Positions 27,936 to 36,773 of a stretch of DNA of 57,606 nucleotides are shown one piece after another. This DNA comes from an uncultured Holophagales bacterium (lineage in GTDB: Bacteria > Acidobacteriota > Thermoanaerobaculia > UBA5066). Location: assembly GCA_964636395.1 (NCBI GenBank), contig CAZWRQ010000002.1, positions 1-57,606 of the forward strand, in the 5' to 3' direction. How positions within the stretch are numbered: position 1 is the first letter of the stretch; the number at the start of each line of letters is the position of its first letter. The notes under the pieces are model-generated. The model searched no databases. It was not told the DNA's origin and was given only the letters and a program-made list of their open reading frames with translations. Position numbers and translations under genes: made by a program.

Positions 27936-29890
27936 GGTGCGACCTTGCGGAAGAGCTTCCCGAAGCGGGTCATCGCCGCGACGTTCGAGACCTTCACTTT
28001 CCCGAGGAGGAAGGCGGTCTCCGGCGACTGCTGCCCGCTCTCGATCGCGAGGTAGGTCTTCTCCGTCGTCGTGACGACGCAGTCGGGCGCTCCCTCGTGC
28101 CCCTCGAGCGTCCGGCAGAAGCCGTCCTCGACGAGGACCGTCCAGTCGCTCCGCGCGGCGTCCCGGAATCGGAAGTGGAACCGGGCGTTCCAGCCCTGCG
28201 CACGGTCGGCGCGGAAGCGGAGCGGGAGCGTCTCGAAGAGCTCCTCGACGCTCCGCGGGACCGGGAGCTTCATCGCCAGGGAGGTCGAACCGACCTCCGG
28301 AACGGCCCGGAACGAGGCCGGCGCGGGGGCCGGCTCCGGGAAGAAGGCGGGTTCCGTCAACTCGACGTCCGCGGGCGGCGGCGCCGGCGCCGGCGGGGCG
28401 AACGACGGGACCGTCGCATCGACGGCGGGCGTCGCGGGCTCGGGCCCGGGCTCGGGCACGCCTGCGAACGTGGTCTCGGGCGCGGGCCCGAACGACGCGT
28501 CCGGCGGCGGGAGCTCGGGGCCGGCGCCGGGAGGCGCCGGGAACTCCGAGAAGACCGCGTCGAGCGACTCGGTGGCGTCGGCGACGAAGAGGTCCGGGAC
28601 GAGCTCGCCCGCGAACCCGTCGGGAGAGGCGTCGGCTTCCGGGTCGGCGGTCTCGGCGGCGGGAGGCCGTTCGTCCGCGCCGACGCCCCCGGCGGCGCCT
28701 CCGCCGGCTTCCGCGTCCGCGCGCTCCTTTCTCCCCGGGAAGACGACGCCGTCGATCGCGGACTTCGCGATCACCTCCCGCATGATCTCGCTCGTCCCGG
28801 CGACGATCGTCCCGAAGCGCGCGTCGCGGAAGAAGCGCTCCATCGGGAACTCCTCGACCGTGCCGTAGCCCCCGAAGAACTGGAGGCACTCGTCGGCCGT
28901 CCGCTTCGCGAGCTCCGTGGCGAGGAGCTTCGCCATGCACGCCTCGGCGACGGGGTTCTCGCCCCTCTCGTGGAGCCAGGCGGCGTGGTAGACGAGCTGA
29001 GCGGCCGCCTCGAGCTCGGCGTGGAGGTCGGCGAGGCGGTGGCGGATCGCCTGGAACTTCCCGATCGGCCTGCCGAACGCCTCCCGCGAGAGGACGTAGC
29101 GCCGGGTCTCCTCGAGCGCGAGGCGAGCGCTCCCGACCGAGGTCGCCGCCGTGACGAGCCGCTCGAGGACGAACGTCTCCATGATCAGGAAGAAGCCCTC
29201 GTTCTCGGCACCGACGAGGTTGCCGAGCGGGACGCGGACGTCCGTGAACGTCAGCTCGGCCGTGTCCGAGCAGTGCCAGCCCATCTTCCGGAGGCGCGAG
29301 CGCGAAAAGCCGGGCGTGTCGGCCTCGACGACGACGAGGCTGATCCCGCCGGCGCCGGCGTCCGCGGCGGTCCGGCAGGCGACGACGACGAAGTCCCCCT
29401 CGACGCCGTTCGTGATCCAGGTCTTCGCGCCGTCGATCACCCAGGCGTCGCCCTCGCGCCGCGCGGTCGTCCGGATCGCGGCGACGTCGGAGCCTGTATC
29501 GGGCTCGGAGATCGCGATCGCGCCGACCTTCGTCCCGGCCACGGACGGGACGAGCCAGCGGCGCTTCTGCTCTTCGGTACCGTGGAGGGCGATCGCCCCC
29601 GTCGCGATGAACTGCTGCACCGAGACGGCCGCGACGAACCCGCCCATGCGCGAGCGCGGCAGCTCCTCGAGGAGGGCGATCGCGTGGAAGATCGAGGCGT
29701 CGGCCCCGCCGACCTCCTCCGGTGAGAGGACGCCGAGGAAGCCGAGGTCTCCCATCCGGCGGAAGACGTCCCGCGGGATCCGCCGCGCCTCTTCCCACTC
29801 GCGCGCGCGCGGCGCGACCTCTCCCTCGAGGAACTGGCGGACCGAGCGACGAAAGCTCTCGTGCTCTTCGCCGAAGTAGATCGACGTCAT
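27932..29890 (-). CDS. Acyl-CoA dehydrogenase fused through a Pro/Ala-rich linker to a C-terminal SCP2 sterol-carrier-like domain
   Basis: ATG 29890. ACAD motifs are present (AISEPDTGSDVAAI, FGRPIGKFQAIRHRLADL, GGYGTVEEFPMERFFRDAR). About 190 aa of low-complexity linker follows, then an SCP2-like end (WTVLVEDGFC...TYLAIESGQQSPETAFLLGKVKVSN). Confidence 0.85.
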   Translation of the reverse strand: MTSIYFGEEHESFRRSVRQFLEGEVAPRAREWEEARRIPRDVFRRMGDLGFLGVLSPEEVGGADASIFHAIALLEELPRSRMGGFVAAVSVQQFIATGAIALHGTEEQKRRWLVPSVAGTKVGAIAISEPDTGSDVAAIRTTARREGDAWVIDGAKTWITNGVEGDFVVVACRTAADAGAGGISLVVVEADTPGFSRSRLRKMGWHCSDTAELTFTDVRVPLGNLVGAENEGFFLIMETFVLERLVTAATSVGSARLALEETRRYVLSREAFGRPIGKFQAIRHRLADLHAELEAAAQLVYHAAWLHERGENPVAEACMAKLLATELAKRTADECLQFFGGYGTVEEFPMERFFRDARFGTIVAGTSEIMREVIAKSAIDGVVFPGRKERADAEAGGGAAGGVGADERPPAAETADPEADASPDGFAGELVPDLFVADATESLDAVFSEFPAPPGAGPELPPPDASFGPAPETTFAGVPEPGPEPATPAVDATVPSFAPPAPAPPPADVELTEPAFFPEPAPAPASFRAVPEVGSTSLAMKLPVPRSVEELFETLPLRFRADRAQGWNARFHFRFRDAARSDWTVLVEDGFCRTLEGHEGAPDCVVTTTEKTYLAIESGQQSPETAFLLGKVKVSNVAAMTRFGKLFRKVAP

Positions 29891-29945
29891 GCGCACCCTC
29901 GGGGTGAAATAATCGGGCCGGCCCCGGAACGAAGAGATTACGCCT

Positions 29946-31340
29946 GTGCTCGACGCCCTGCCCGCACCCCCGGCCTCCTCCCTGGCCCCTTCCGGCTTCG
30001 GGACGCTCGAGACGGTCTTCGCCGCGCTCGGGCGGGTCCTCGTCGTCCTCGACCGCGACTTCCGTGTCCTCCGCGCGAGCCGATCGCTGGACGACCTCGC
30101 CCGTCCCGGGGCCGTCGAGGCGGCCCTCGGCCGCCCGATCGAGGAGCTCGTCGGGGCGCGCCTCTTCGGGCCGTCGGAATCGCTCCGGGAAGCGCTCGAG
30201 CAGGGGCACCGCGAGGAGGGCCGCCGGGCCATCCTCCGCTGCGGAGAGGAGAGCGCCCGCCTCGTCTCGCTCACCGCCGCGGTCCTCCCGAGCGACGTGA
30301 CGAGCCACTGCGACCCGCGGGCGCGCTACATCGTCGTCCTTCGTCCGGCGGAGACCGACAACGGCCTCGTGCAGTCGATGCTCTCGTCCCACGGCCTCGT
30401 GGCTCGCTCCCCGGCGATGCGCGGGATCGTCCACCTCGTCGAGTCGCTCCACCGGAGCGAGGCGACGGTCCTCGTCACCGGAGAGAGCGGCACCGGCAAG
30501 GAGCTGATCGCCCGGGCGCTCCACGCGAACTCCCCGCGCTGCACCGGGCCGTTCGTCGCCGTCAACTGCGGGGCCCTGCCGGGCGACCTCCTCGAGAGCG
30601 AGCTCTTCGGCCACGTCCGCGGCGCCTTCACCGGGGCCGTCCGCGACCGCGTGGGGCGCATCGACCTCGCCCGGGGCGGGACGCTGTTCCTCGACGAGGT
30701 CGGGGACATCCCGCCGCACCTGCAGGTCAAGCTCCTCCGCGTCCTCCAGGAGAGGCGGTTCGAGCGGGTCGGCGAGAGCACCCCCCGCCCGATGGACGCC
30801 CGGGTCATCGCCGCCACGAACGTCGACCTCGCGGAGGCGATCCGGATCGGGCGCTTCCGCGACGACCTCTACTACCGCCTGCGCGTCGTCCCGATCCACG
30901 TCCCTCCGCTCCGGGAGCGGGTCGAGGACATCCCCCTCATCGCCCACCACCTCCTCGCCCACATCGGAGGGCGCGAGGGGCGGGCTCTCCTCCTCTCTCC
31001 CGACACGATCGTCGCGATGGCCCGCTATCCGTGGCCCGGGAACGTCCGCGAGCTCGGCAACGCCCTCGAGTACGCCGTCGCGACCTGCACGGGCCAGACG
31101 ATCCAGATCGAGAACCTGCCGCCCGAGCTGCGACAGGGAGCGGAGCGGAGCGCCCTCGAGCCGGCCTCCCCGCAGGACGCCGCGCCGCTCGGCGACGCTC
31201 TCGCGGAAGACCCGGCCGAAAGGCTCCGGATCCTCCAGACCCTCGAGTCTGCGCGGTGGAACCGAGGGCGCGCCGCCGAGCTGCTCGGCATGAGCCGGAG
31301 CACGCTCTGGCGGCGGATGAAGGAGCTCGGGATCGAGTGA
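29946..31340 (+). CDS. Sigma-54-dependent transcriptional activator (PAS-like sensor, AAA+ domain and Fis-type HTH)
   Basis: It has Walker A (GESGTGKELIARALH), the GAFTGA motif (RGAFTGAV), ESELFGH and a C-terminal HTH (AAELLGMSRSTLWRRMKELGI). Confidence 0.9.
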   Translation: MLDALPAPPASSLAPSGFGTLETVFAALGRVLVVLDRDFRVLRASRSLDDLARPGAVEAALGRPIEELVGARLFGPSESLREALEQGHREEGRRAILRCGEESARLVSLTAAVLPSDVTSHCDPRARYIVVLRPAETDNGLVQSMLSSHGLVARSPAMRGIVHLVESLHRSEATVLVTGESGTGKELIARALHANSPRCTGPFVAVNCGALPGDLLESELFGHVRGAFTGAVRDRVGRIDLARGGTLFLDEVGDIPPHLQVKLLRVLQERRFERVGESTPRPMDARVIAATNVDLAEAIRIGRFRDDLYYRLRVVPIHVPPLRERVEDIPLIAHHLLAHIGGREGRALLLSPDTIVAMARYPWPGNVRELGNALEYAVATCTGQTIQIENLPPELRQGAERSALEPASPQDAAPLGDALAEDPAERLRILQTLESARWNRGRAAELLGMSRSTLWRRMKELGIE

Positions 31341-31741
31341 GCTCCCGCCGGGACTTCCTCGGGACCGCCTGGGCCGCCGCGGGCACGGCCGCGGCCGCCG
31401 CCGGCACGGCCGTCCTCGGCCGGGCCCTCTCCGGGTCGCCCGAGCCCGAGAGGAGCGTCCGCCTCCCCGCCGAGCTCCTCGCGCGCGCCGAGAAGGAGGG
31501 AGGGCTCGTCCACGAAGGGCTCCACGTCCGCGGCCCGGCCGCCGCCCCGGTCGTCCTCGACCTCACCTGCACGCACCTGCGCTGCCGCGTCGCTCCGGTC
31601 GAGGGCGGAGGCTTCTCGTGCCCCTGCCACGCGAGCCGGTACGACGCCGAAGGGCGCGTGACGGCGGGCCCCGCCGCGCGGCCGCTGGTCCGGCCACGCC
31701 TCTCTCCCGACGGCGCGGGATTCGTGGCACGCCTCTCGTGA
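31337..31741 (+). CDS. Rieske [2Fe-2S] protein with a Tat signal
   Basis: GTG 31337 overlaps the regulator stop (GTGA). It has SRRDFLG twin-arginine signal plus a TM, and the Rieske boxes CTHLRC and CPCHAS. Confidence 0.85.
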   Translation: MSSRRDFLGTAWAAAGTAAAAAGTAVLGRALSGSPEPERSVRLPAELLARAEKEGGLVHEGLHVRGPAAAPVVLDLTCTHLRCRVAPVEGGGFSCPCHASRYDAEGRVTAGPAARPLVRPRLSPDGAGFVARLS

Positions 31742-32559
31742 TCCTCGGCCGCGTCACGTTCGGCCTCCTCGCCGTCGCGCTCCTCTCCGGCCTCGCCCTC
31801 GCCCCGTTCTGGTCGGCGGGACGCGCGCTCGAGAGCCTCGAGACGCTCAACGGGGCCACCCCGTGGGGCTTCTTCCTCCGCGGCGTCCACGCGTTCTCCG
31901 CGTGGGGGTTCCTCCTCGGGACGCTCGCCCACCTCGCGGAAGTCCTCTGGAAGCGGACCGAGCGCCGTCTTCGGCCCGCCGTCTGGTGGCGCTCGATCTC
32001 CCTCCTCCCCGTAGCCGTCCTCGCGCTCCTCGGCGGCTTCCTGATGCGAGGCGACGCCGAGGCTCAGGCGGCGGTCGCCGTCTGGCGCGAGATCTCGACG
32101 AGCGTCCCGATCGCAGGCCGAGCCCTCGCCGCGCTCCTCCTCGGCCTCCCCGGCTCCGACCTCGCCCCGGTCGCGCTCCACCATGCCGGGACCTTCACGC
32201 TCCTCGCCTGGCTCCTGACGGCCGAGCACGGCGGGACGCTCGTCCCCGATCTCCGCTCGACCGTCCTCGCCGCGCTCGCGAGCTTCGCGGCCGCGGGCCT
32301 CTTCCCCGTCTCTCTCGGGCCGCCGGTCGCGCCCGTCGGCGCTCTCCTCCTCGGCCCCTGGTACCTCCTCGGCCTCCAGGGAGCCCTCCTCGTCCTTCCC
32401 GTCGCGGCCGGCTGGCTCCTGCCGCTCGCCCTCCTCCTCGCGGTCGGGCTCGTGAGGCACGTCGACGGGCGCGCCCGGGCGGCCCTCCTCGCGCTGGCGG
32501 CCGCCTGGGGCGCGGGCTACCTCGCCCTGACGCTCCGCCTCCTCCTCGCCGTCCGCTGA
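31738..32559 (+). CDS. Cytochrome b (b6-like) membrane subunit of a Rieske/cyt b complex
   Basis: GTG 31738 overlaps the Rieske stop. A His pair is spaced 13 residues apart (H-AFSAWGFLLGTLA-H) and a second pair 14 apart (H-AGTFTLLAWLLTAE-H). A GPWY motif sits where PEWY is expected. Confidence 0.75.
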   Translation: MILGRVTFGLLAVALLSGLALAPFWSAGRALESLETLNGATPWGFFLRGVHAFSAWGFLLGTLAHLAEVLWKRTERRLRPAVWWRSISLLPVAVLALLGGFLMRGDAEAQAAVAVWREISTSVPIAGRALAALLLGLPGSDLAPVALHHAGTFTLLAWLLTAEHGGTLVPDLRSTVLAALASFAAAGLFPVSLGPPVAPVGALLLGPWYLLGLQGALLVLPVAAGWLLPLALLLAVGLVRHVDGRARAALLALAAAWGAGYLALTLRLLLAVR

Positions 32560-34370
32560 TGTTCCGGGCCCAGGCGCTCCTCCTCGCGCTCCTCCTCGCG
32601 CTCGCGGGGCTGCTCGGGGCCCTCGGGCGCGAGCGGCAGCGCGCCGCGGCTCTCGGGCGCGCTCCCGATCGCGCCGGCGGGAAGGTGGAGCGCTGCGTGA
32701 CGTGCCACGTCCGCCCCGAGGAGGACCCCGGCGGGGCGCACGCCCGCGCCGCCGTCGGCTGCTCCTCCTGCCACCTCGGCAACCCGCTCGCGTTCGACAA
32801 GGGGCGCGCGCACGCCGGAATGGAGCCGGAGCCGGGCGCGCTCCGGAGCGTCGCGCGCACCTGCGGCCGGAGCGGCTGCCACGTTCGCGAGACGGCCCGC
32901 GTCGCCTCTTCGCTCATGGCGCGGGCGAGCGGGATCGTCTCGGTGAACCGGTGGGCCTTCGGCGAGATCCCCCAGCCGCGCGGCACGGCCACGATGGCCG
33001 ACCTCCTCGCGAAGGAGGAGCGGACCCCCGCGGAAGATCACCTCGCGAAGCTCTGCGCGGGCTGCCACCTCCACGCGCTCCGCGCCAGCCGGGACGACGC
33101 GATTCACGGCAACGGCAGCGGCTGCTCCGCCTGCCACGTCGCGCGCCGGCTCCCGGGCGCGGTGCCGCGGCCGCATCCCGCCGTCGACGCCCGCGTCACC
33201 GACGACCGCTGCCTCGGCTGCCACAGCCGGAGCGGGAGGATCGCGCTGACGTACGAAGGGCTCTACGAAGTCGAGCCGGCGCAGGCCGCCGCGCTCGGCT
33301 CGGCCGCGACGACGCTCCACGACGGGCGCCCCGCCGCGCACGCCGAGGTGGACGTCCACCGCCGCGCCGGCCTCTCGTGCGTCGACTGCCACCTCCACAC
33401 CGACCTGATGGGCGACGGGACCACGCACGAGCACTCCGAGAGCCAGGTCGAGATCACCTGCGAGGCATGCCACGGCCCCGTCCGCGAGGGAGGCGAGACG
33501 ACCTGGGCCGAGGTGAGGGACCCGATCACCCGCGACCTGCTCCGGCAGCAGGGGGAGACGCGGCCGCCCGGCGAGCGTGTCCGCCTCGGCCGGCACGGGA
33601 CGCCGGTCTGGAACCTCCGCCCGTCGGAGGGCGGGTGGTCGACGCTCCGCAAGCGGCAGGGAGTCGCGCTCGCCACGAGGCCGACTCCGGCCGACGCGAA
33701 CCATCGCCTCCCCGGCCACGAGCGCCTCACGTGCAGCGCCTGCCACTCCGCCTGGGCGCCGACCTGCTCGACCTGCCACACGCGTTACGACCCCGCGGGC
33801 GCGCAGTGGGACTTCGCGAAGGCGGCCGAGACGCCGGGGCGCTGGGTCGAGAGCTCCGAGGGGTACGACGCACGGCCTCCGGCGCTCGCCGTGAGGCCGG
33901 ACGGCCGAATCGCCCCGGCGATCCCCGGGATGGTGATGGAGCTCGACGCCGCCGCGGTCTCCGGCCCGCGCGTCTCGCGCCGGCTCTACGCGTCCCTCGA
34001 CCCGCACTCCACCGGGAAGAAGGCGCGCGACTGCGCGAGCTGCCATCTCTCCGCGTGGGCGCTCGGACTGGGCACCGGGGCGCTCTCCTTCGGGAGCGCC
34101 GCGGCGACGTTCCGTCCGGTCGAGCCTGCCGCGGAGGACGCCCGGATGGCCGCCGACGGCTGGACCCGCCTCGACGCCCACTCGCCCGGGATCGGCACCC
34201 GCGTCGGCCTCCGCTCGCTCGACGCGAGCGAGCTCCGCCGCGCCCTCGCCGTCGGCGCCTGCCTCCCCTGCCACGCGAAGGCAACCGACCCGGTCTGGAG
34301 AGACTTCGCCGCCTCGAAGGCGCGTCTCGCGCGGGGCGGGACGAGGTGCGGGTTCCGAGCCGGCGCGTAG
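32559..34370 (+). CDS. Multihaem cytochrome c (11 CxxCH plus one CX4CH), membrane-anchored or secreted
   Basis: ATG 32559 overlaps the cyt b stop (TGATG). It has an N-terminal hydrophobic helix. Haem motifs are CVTCH, CSSCH, CGRSGCH, CAGCH, CSACH, CLGCH, CVDCH, CEACH, CSACH, CSTCH, CASCH and CLPCH. Confidence 0.85.
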   Translation: MFRAQALLLALLLALAGLLGALGRERQRAAALGRAPDRAGGKVERCVTCHVRPEEDPGGAHARAAVGCSSCHLGNPLAFDKGRAHAGMEPEPGALRSVARTCGRSGCHVRETARVASSLMARASGIVSVNRWAFGEIPQPRGTATMADLLAKEERTPAEDHLAKLCAGCHLHALRASRDDAIHGNGSGCSACHVARRLPGAVPRPHPAVDARVTDDRCLGCHSRSGRIALTYEGLYEVEPAQAAALGSAATTLHDGRPAAHAEVDVHRRAGLSCVDCHLHTDLMGDGTTHEHSESQVEITCEACHGPVREGGETTWAEVRDPITRDLLRQQGETRPPGERVRLGRHGTPVWNLRPSEGGWSTLRKRQGVALATRPTPADANHRLPGHERLTCSACHSAWAPTCSTCHTRYDPAGAQWDFAKAAETPGRWVESSEGYDARPPALAVRPDGRIAPAIPGMVMELDAAAVSGPRVSRRLYASLDPHSTGKKARDCASCHLSAWALGLGTGALSFGSAAATFRPVEPAAEDARMAADGWTRLDAHSPGIGTRVGLRSLDASELRRALAVGACLPCHAKATDPVWRDFAASKARLARGGTRCGFRAGA

Positions 34371-34380
34371 CGCCGCCCGG

Positions 34381-36645
34381 TCACCCCGTCGCGACGACGA
34401 CGCGGTTCTTCCCCGAGCGCTTGGCCTCGTAGAGCGCCGCGTCGGCGCGGGCGACGAGGTCTTCCAGCCGCTCGCCCCGGACGAAGGCCGCGACTCCGAT
34501 CGAGACCGTCACCCGGAGCGGCGCGCCGGCGTAGACGAGCGGCAGCGCCTCGAGCTTCGCGCGCACCTTCTCGAGCGCGATCCGCCCCCCTTCCCGCTCC
34601 GTCTCCGGGAGGAGGACGAGGAACTCCTCGCCGCCCCACCGGCCGACGAGGTCGGTGCGCCGGAAGCTCTCGGAGAGGAGCCGGGCCGTCGACCGGAGGA
34701 CCTCGTCCCCGCAGTCGTGCCCGAGCGTGTCGTTCACGTTCTTGAAGTCGTCGAGGTCGCACATCGCCACGAGGAACGGCGTTCCGTAGCGGCTGGCGCG
34801 CTCCACCTCGAGCGCCAGGCGCTCCTGGACGTGGCGCCGGTTCGCGAGCCGGGTCAATGGGTCGGTCCGCGAGAGCCGCTCCACCTGTCGGAGCCGCCGG
34901 GCCTTCTGGACCGCCGAGATGATGTGCTCGTGAAGCGTCTTCACCTGACGAACGTCGATCCGGTCGAACGCGGCAGGATCGTCGACGCTCTCCAGGACGA
35001 GGTAGCCGAGCGTCGAGCTCTCGTCCCGTATGACGAAGACGAGGAGCGATTCGGCCGGCCGGTACGCCTCTCCCAGGCCCTCCAGCGATCCCGGCCGCCT
35101 CACGACGTGGAGCCCCTCGGCGACTTCCTCCCCCGCCTCGACGTACCTCGCCCGGGCCACCTCCTCCGCGAGCGCGACCTTCTCGAGCGCCGACTCGGGA
35201 TAGCCGAACGAGACGAGGGAGCGAAAGCGGCAATCCTCGTCGGAGAGGGTGAGGAACCCGCCCCGCCCCGCCTGGGGGAAGTGCTCGAGGGAGTGCCGGA
35301 GGATCGACTCGATCAGAGCCCGGAGGTCGACCTCCTTGTTGATGTCCCGCGCGATCCGGTCGATCGCGAGGAGCTCGGCGTTCTGCCGGCCGATCGTCTC
35401 GGCGGCGCGCTTCTTCTGAGCGTAGGCCCGATAGGCCCCCGCGCCGGCGGCGAGCGCGACCGCCAGGAGGGCGATCAGGTAGTTGCGGATCGTCCTCTGG
35501 CTCCGGAGCGCGAGCTCGCCAAGCTCCTGCTCCTTGCGGAGGAGGCGGATCTGCCCCTCCCGCTTCTCGATCTCGAGCTGCTCCTGGACCGCCGAGACCT
35601 TCCGATGGACCTCGGCGCCCTGGATCTCCTCGAGGAGCGTCAGTCCCTGCTTCAGGGAACGGTAGCCCTGTTCCGGCCTCCCGGCGGCCTCGTGGCTCGC
35701 GCCGAGCTCGAGGAGGACGTTCTTCTCCTCGAACCTGTTCCCGATCTGCCGGGCGAGCGCGAGAGCCGCCTCCGCCTCCGGGAGCGCCCGGCCGGGCTGT
35801 CCGAGGGCGCGCCACGTCCGCGCGAGGAACTTGCGGGTCACGACCTCGTTGACCCGGTCGTCCCCCGCGATCGCGATCGCGCGGGCCCGGAGGAGGTACT
35901 CCTCCGCCTCCGCGGGCCGTCCCAGCTCGAGCAACGCGACCCCGGCGTTGATGAGCGGGTACCTGACGAGGCTCGTCTCGCCGACCGCCTCGTACGCCGC
36001 GAGCGCCCGCTTCGCGAAATCGAGCATCCGGTCGTACTCCCGCTTCCGGTAGTGGAGGTACGCCATGTTGCTCAGGTAGGCGCCGCGGCTGAAGGAGTCC
36101 CCGACCTCCTCCGCGAGCGCCAGCGCCCGCTCCCCGAAGGCCAGCGCGCGCTCGTAGTCGCCCAGCTGGGTCAGGATCGTGAAGGCCCGGCTGCTCGCCT
36201 TCGCGAGCCGCCGCTTCGCCCCGAGCTCGCCGAACGCCTGGATCGCCCGGCTGACCTCGGCGTAGGCTTCACCGTAGTCGCTCGTCCGGAAGAGGATCGT
36301 CGCCCGGTTGAGGGAGGTCGTCGCGATCTCGAGCGGCATCGACGCCCTGCGTGCGGCCTCCTCCGCCTCGGCGAGGACGGCCCGCGCCTCGTCCAGCTCG
36401 CTGAGGTAGATGAGGGCGCCGGCCCGGACGTTCAGGAGCTGGGCCCGCTCGTCCGGCTCCGTGGCTCCCTCCAGCCGGGCCGACAGGCTCTCGAGCGCCG
36501 GCCGGGGCCGGGACTCCGCCTCCCGCTCGAGTCGGGCGAGCTCCGGCTCGGTGAGCCTCGCCGCCCCGGCCGCCCCGCCGAGGCCCGAAACGAGGAGGGC
36601 GACGAGCGCTCCCAGACGGCGGGCGAGGAGCACGGGCCGCGACAC
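34381..36645 (-). CDS. Diguanylate cyclase with N-terminal TPR repeats, a TM segment and a GAF-like domain (GGDEF output)
   Basis: It has a GGEEF active site (RWGGEEFLVLL) and the RxxD-region context, with TPR-like repeats over the N-terminal ~350 aa. Confidence 0.85.
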   Translation of the reverse strand: MSRPVLLARRLGALVALLVSGLGGAAGAARLTEPELARLEREAESRPRPALESLSARLEGATEPDERAQLLNVRAGALIYLSELDEARAVLAEAEEAARRASMPLEIATTSLNRATILFRTSDYGEAYAEVSRAIQAFGELGAKRRLAKASSRAFTILTQLGDYERALAFGERALALAEEVGDSFSRGAYLSNMAYLHYRKREYDRMLDFAKRALAAYEAVGETSLVRYPLINAGVALLELGRPAEAEEYLLRARAIAIAGDDRVNEVVTRKFLARTWRALGQPGRALPEAEAALALARQIGNRFEEKNVLLELGASHEAAGRPEQGYRSLKQGLTLLEEIQGAEVHRKVSAVQEQLEIEKREGQIRLLRKEQELGELALRSQRTIRNYLIALLAVALAAGAGAYRAYAQKKRAAETIGRQNAELLAIDRIARDINKEVDLRALIESILRHSLEHFPQAGRGGFLTLSDEDCRFRSLVSFGYPESALEKVALAEEVARARYVEAGEEVAEGLHVVRRPGSLEGLGEAYRPAESLLVFVIRDESSTLGYLVLESVDDPAAFDRIDVRQVKTLHEHIISAVQKARRLRQVERLSRTDPLTRLANRRHVQERLALEVERASRYGTPFLVAMCDLDDFKNVNDTLGHDCGDEVLRSTARLLSESFRRTDLVGRWGGEEFLVLLPETEREGGRIALEKVRAKLEALPLVYAGAPLRVTVSIGVAAFVRGERLEDLVARADAALYEAKRSGKNRVVVATG

Positions 36646-36773
36646 GCGGCGATTCTAGCCGCCGGCCGTCCGCGATCCGGACCGCGAGTGCGCCCTTTGT
36701 GCCGGTCCCGGAACCTTCTATGCTGGGCTCCGCTCCGGTTCTCCGTGGGCCCCGGCCGCGACGAGGAAACCGA

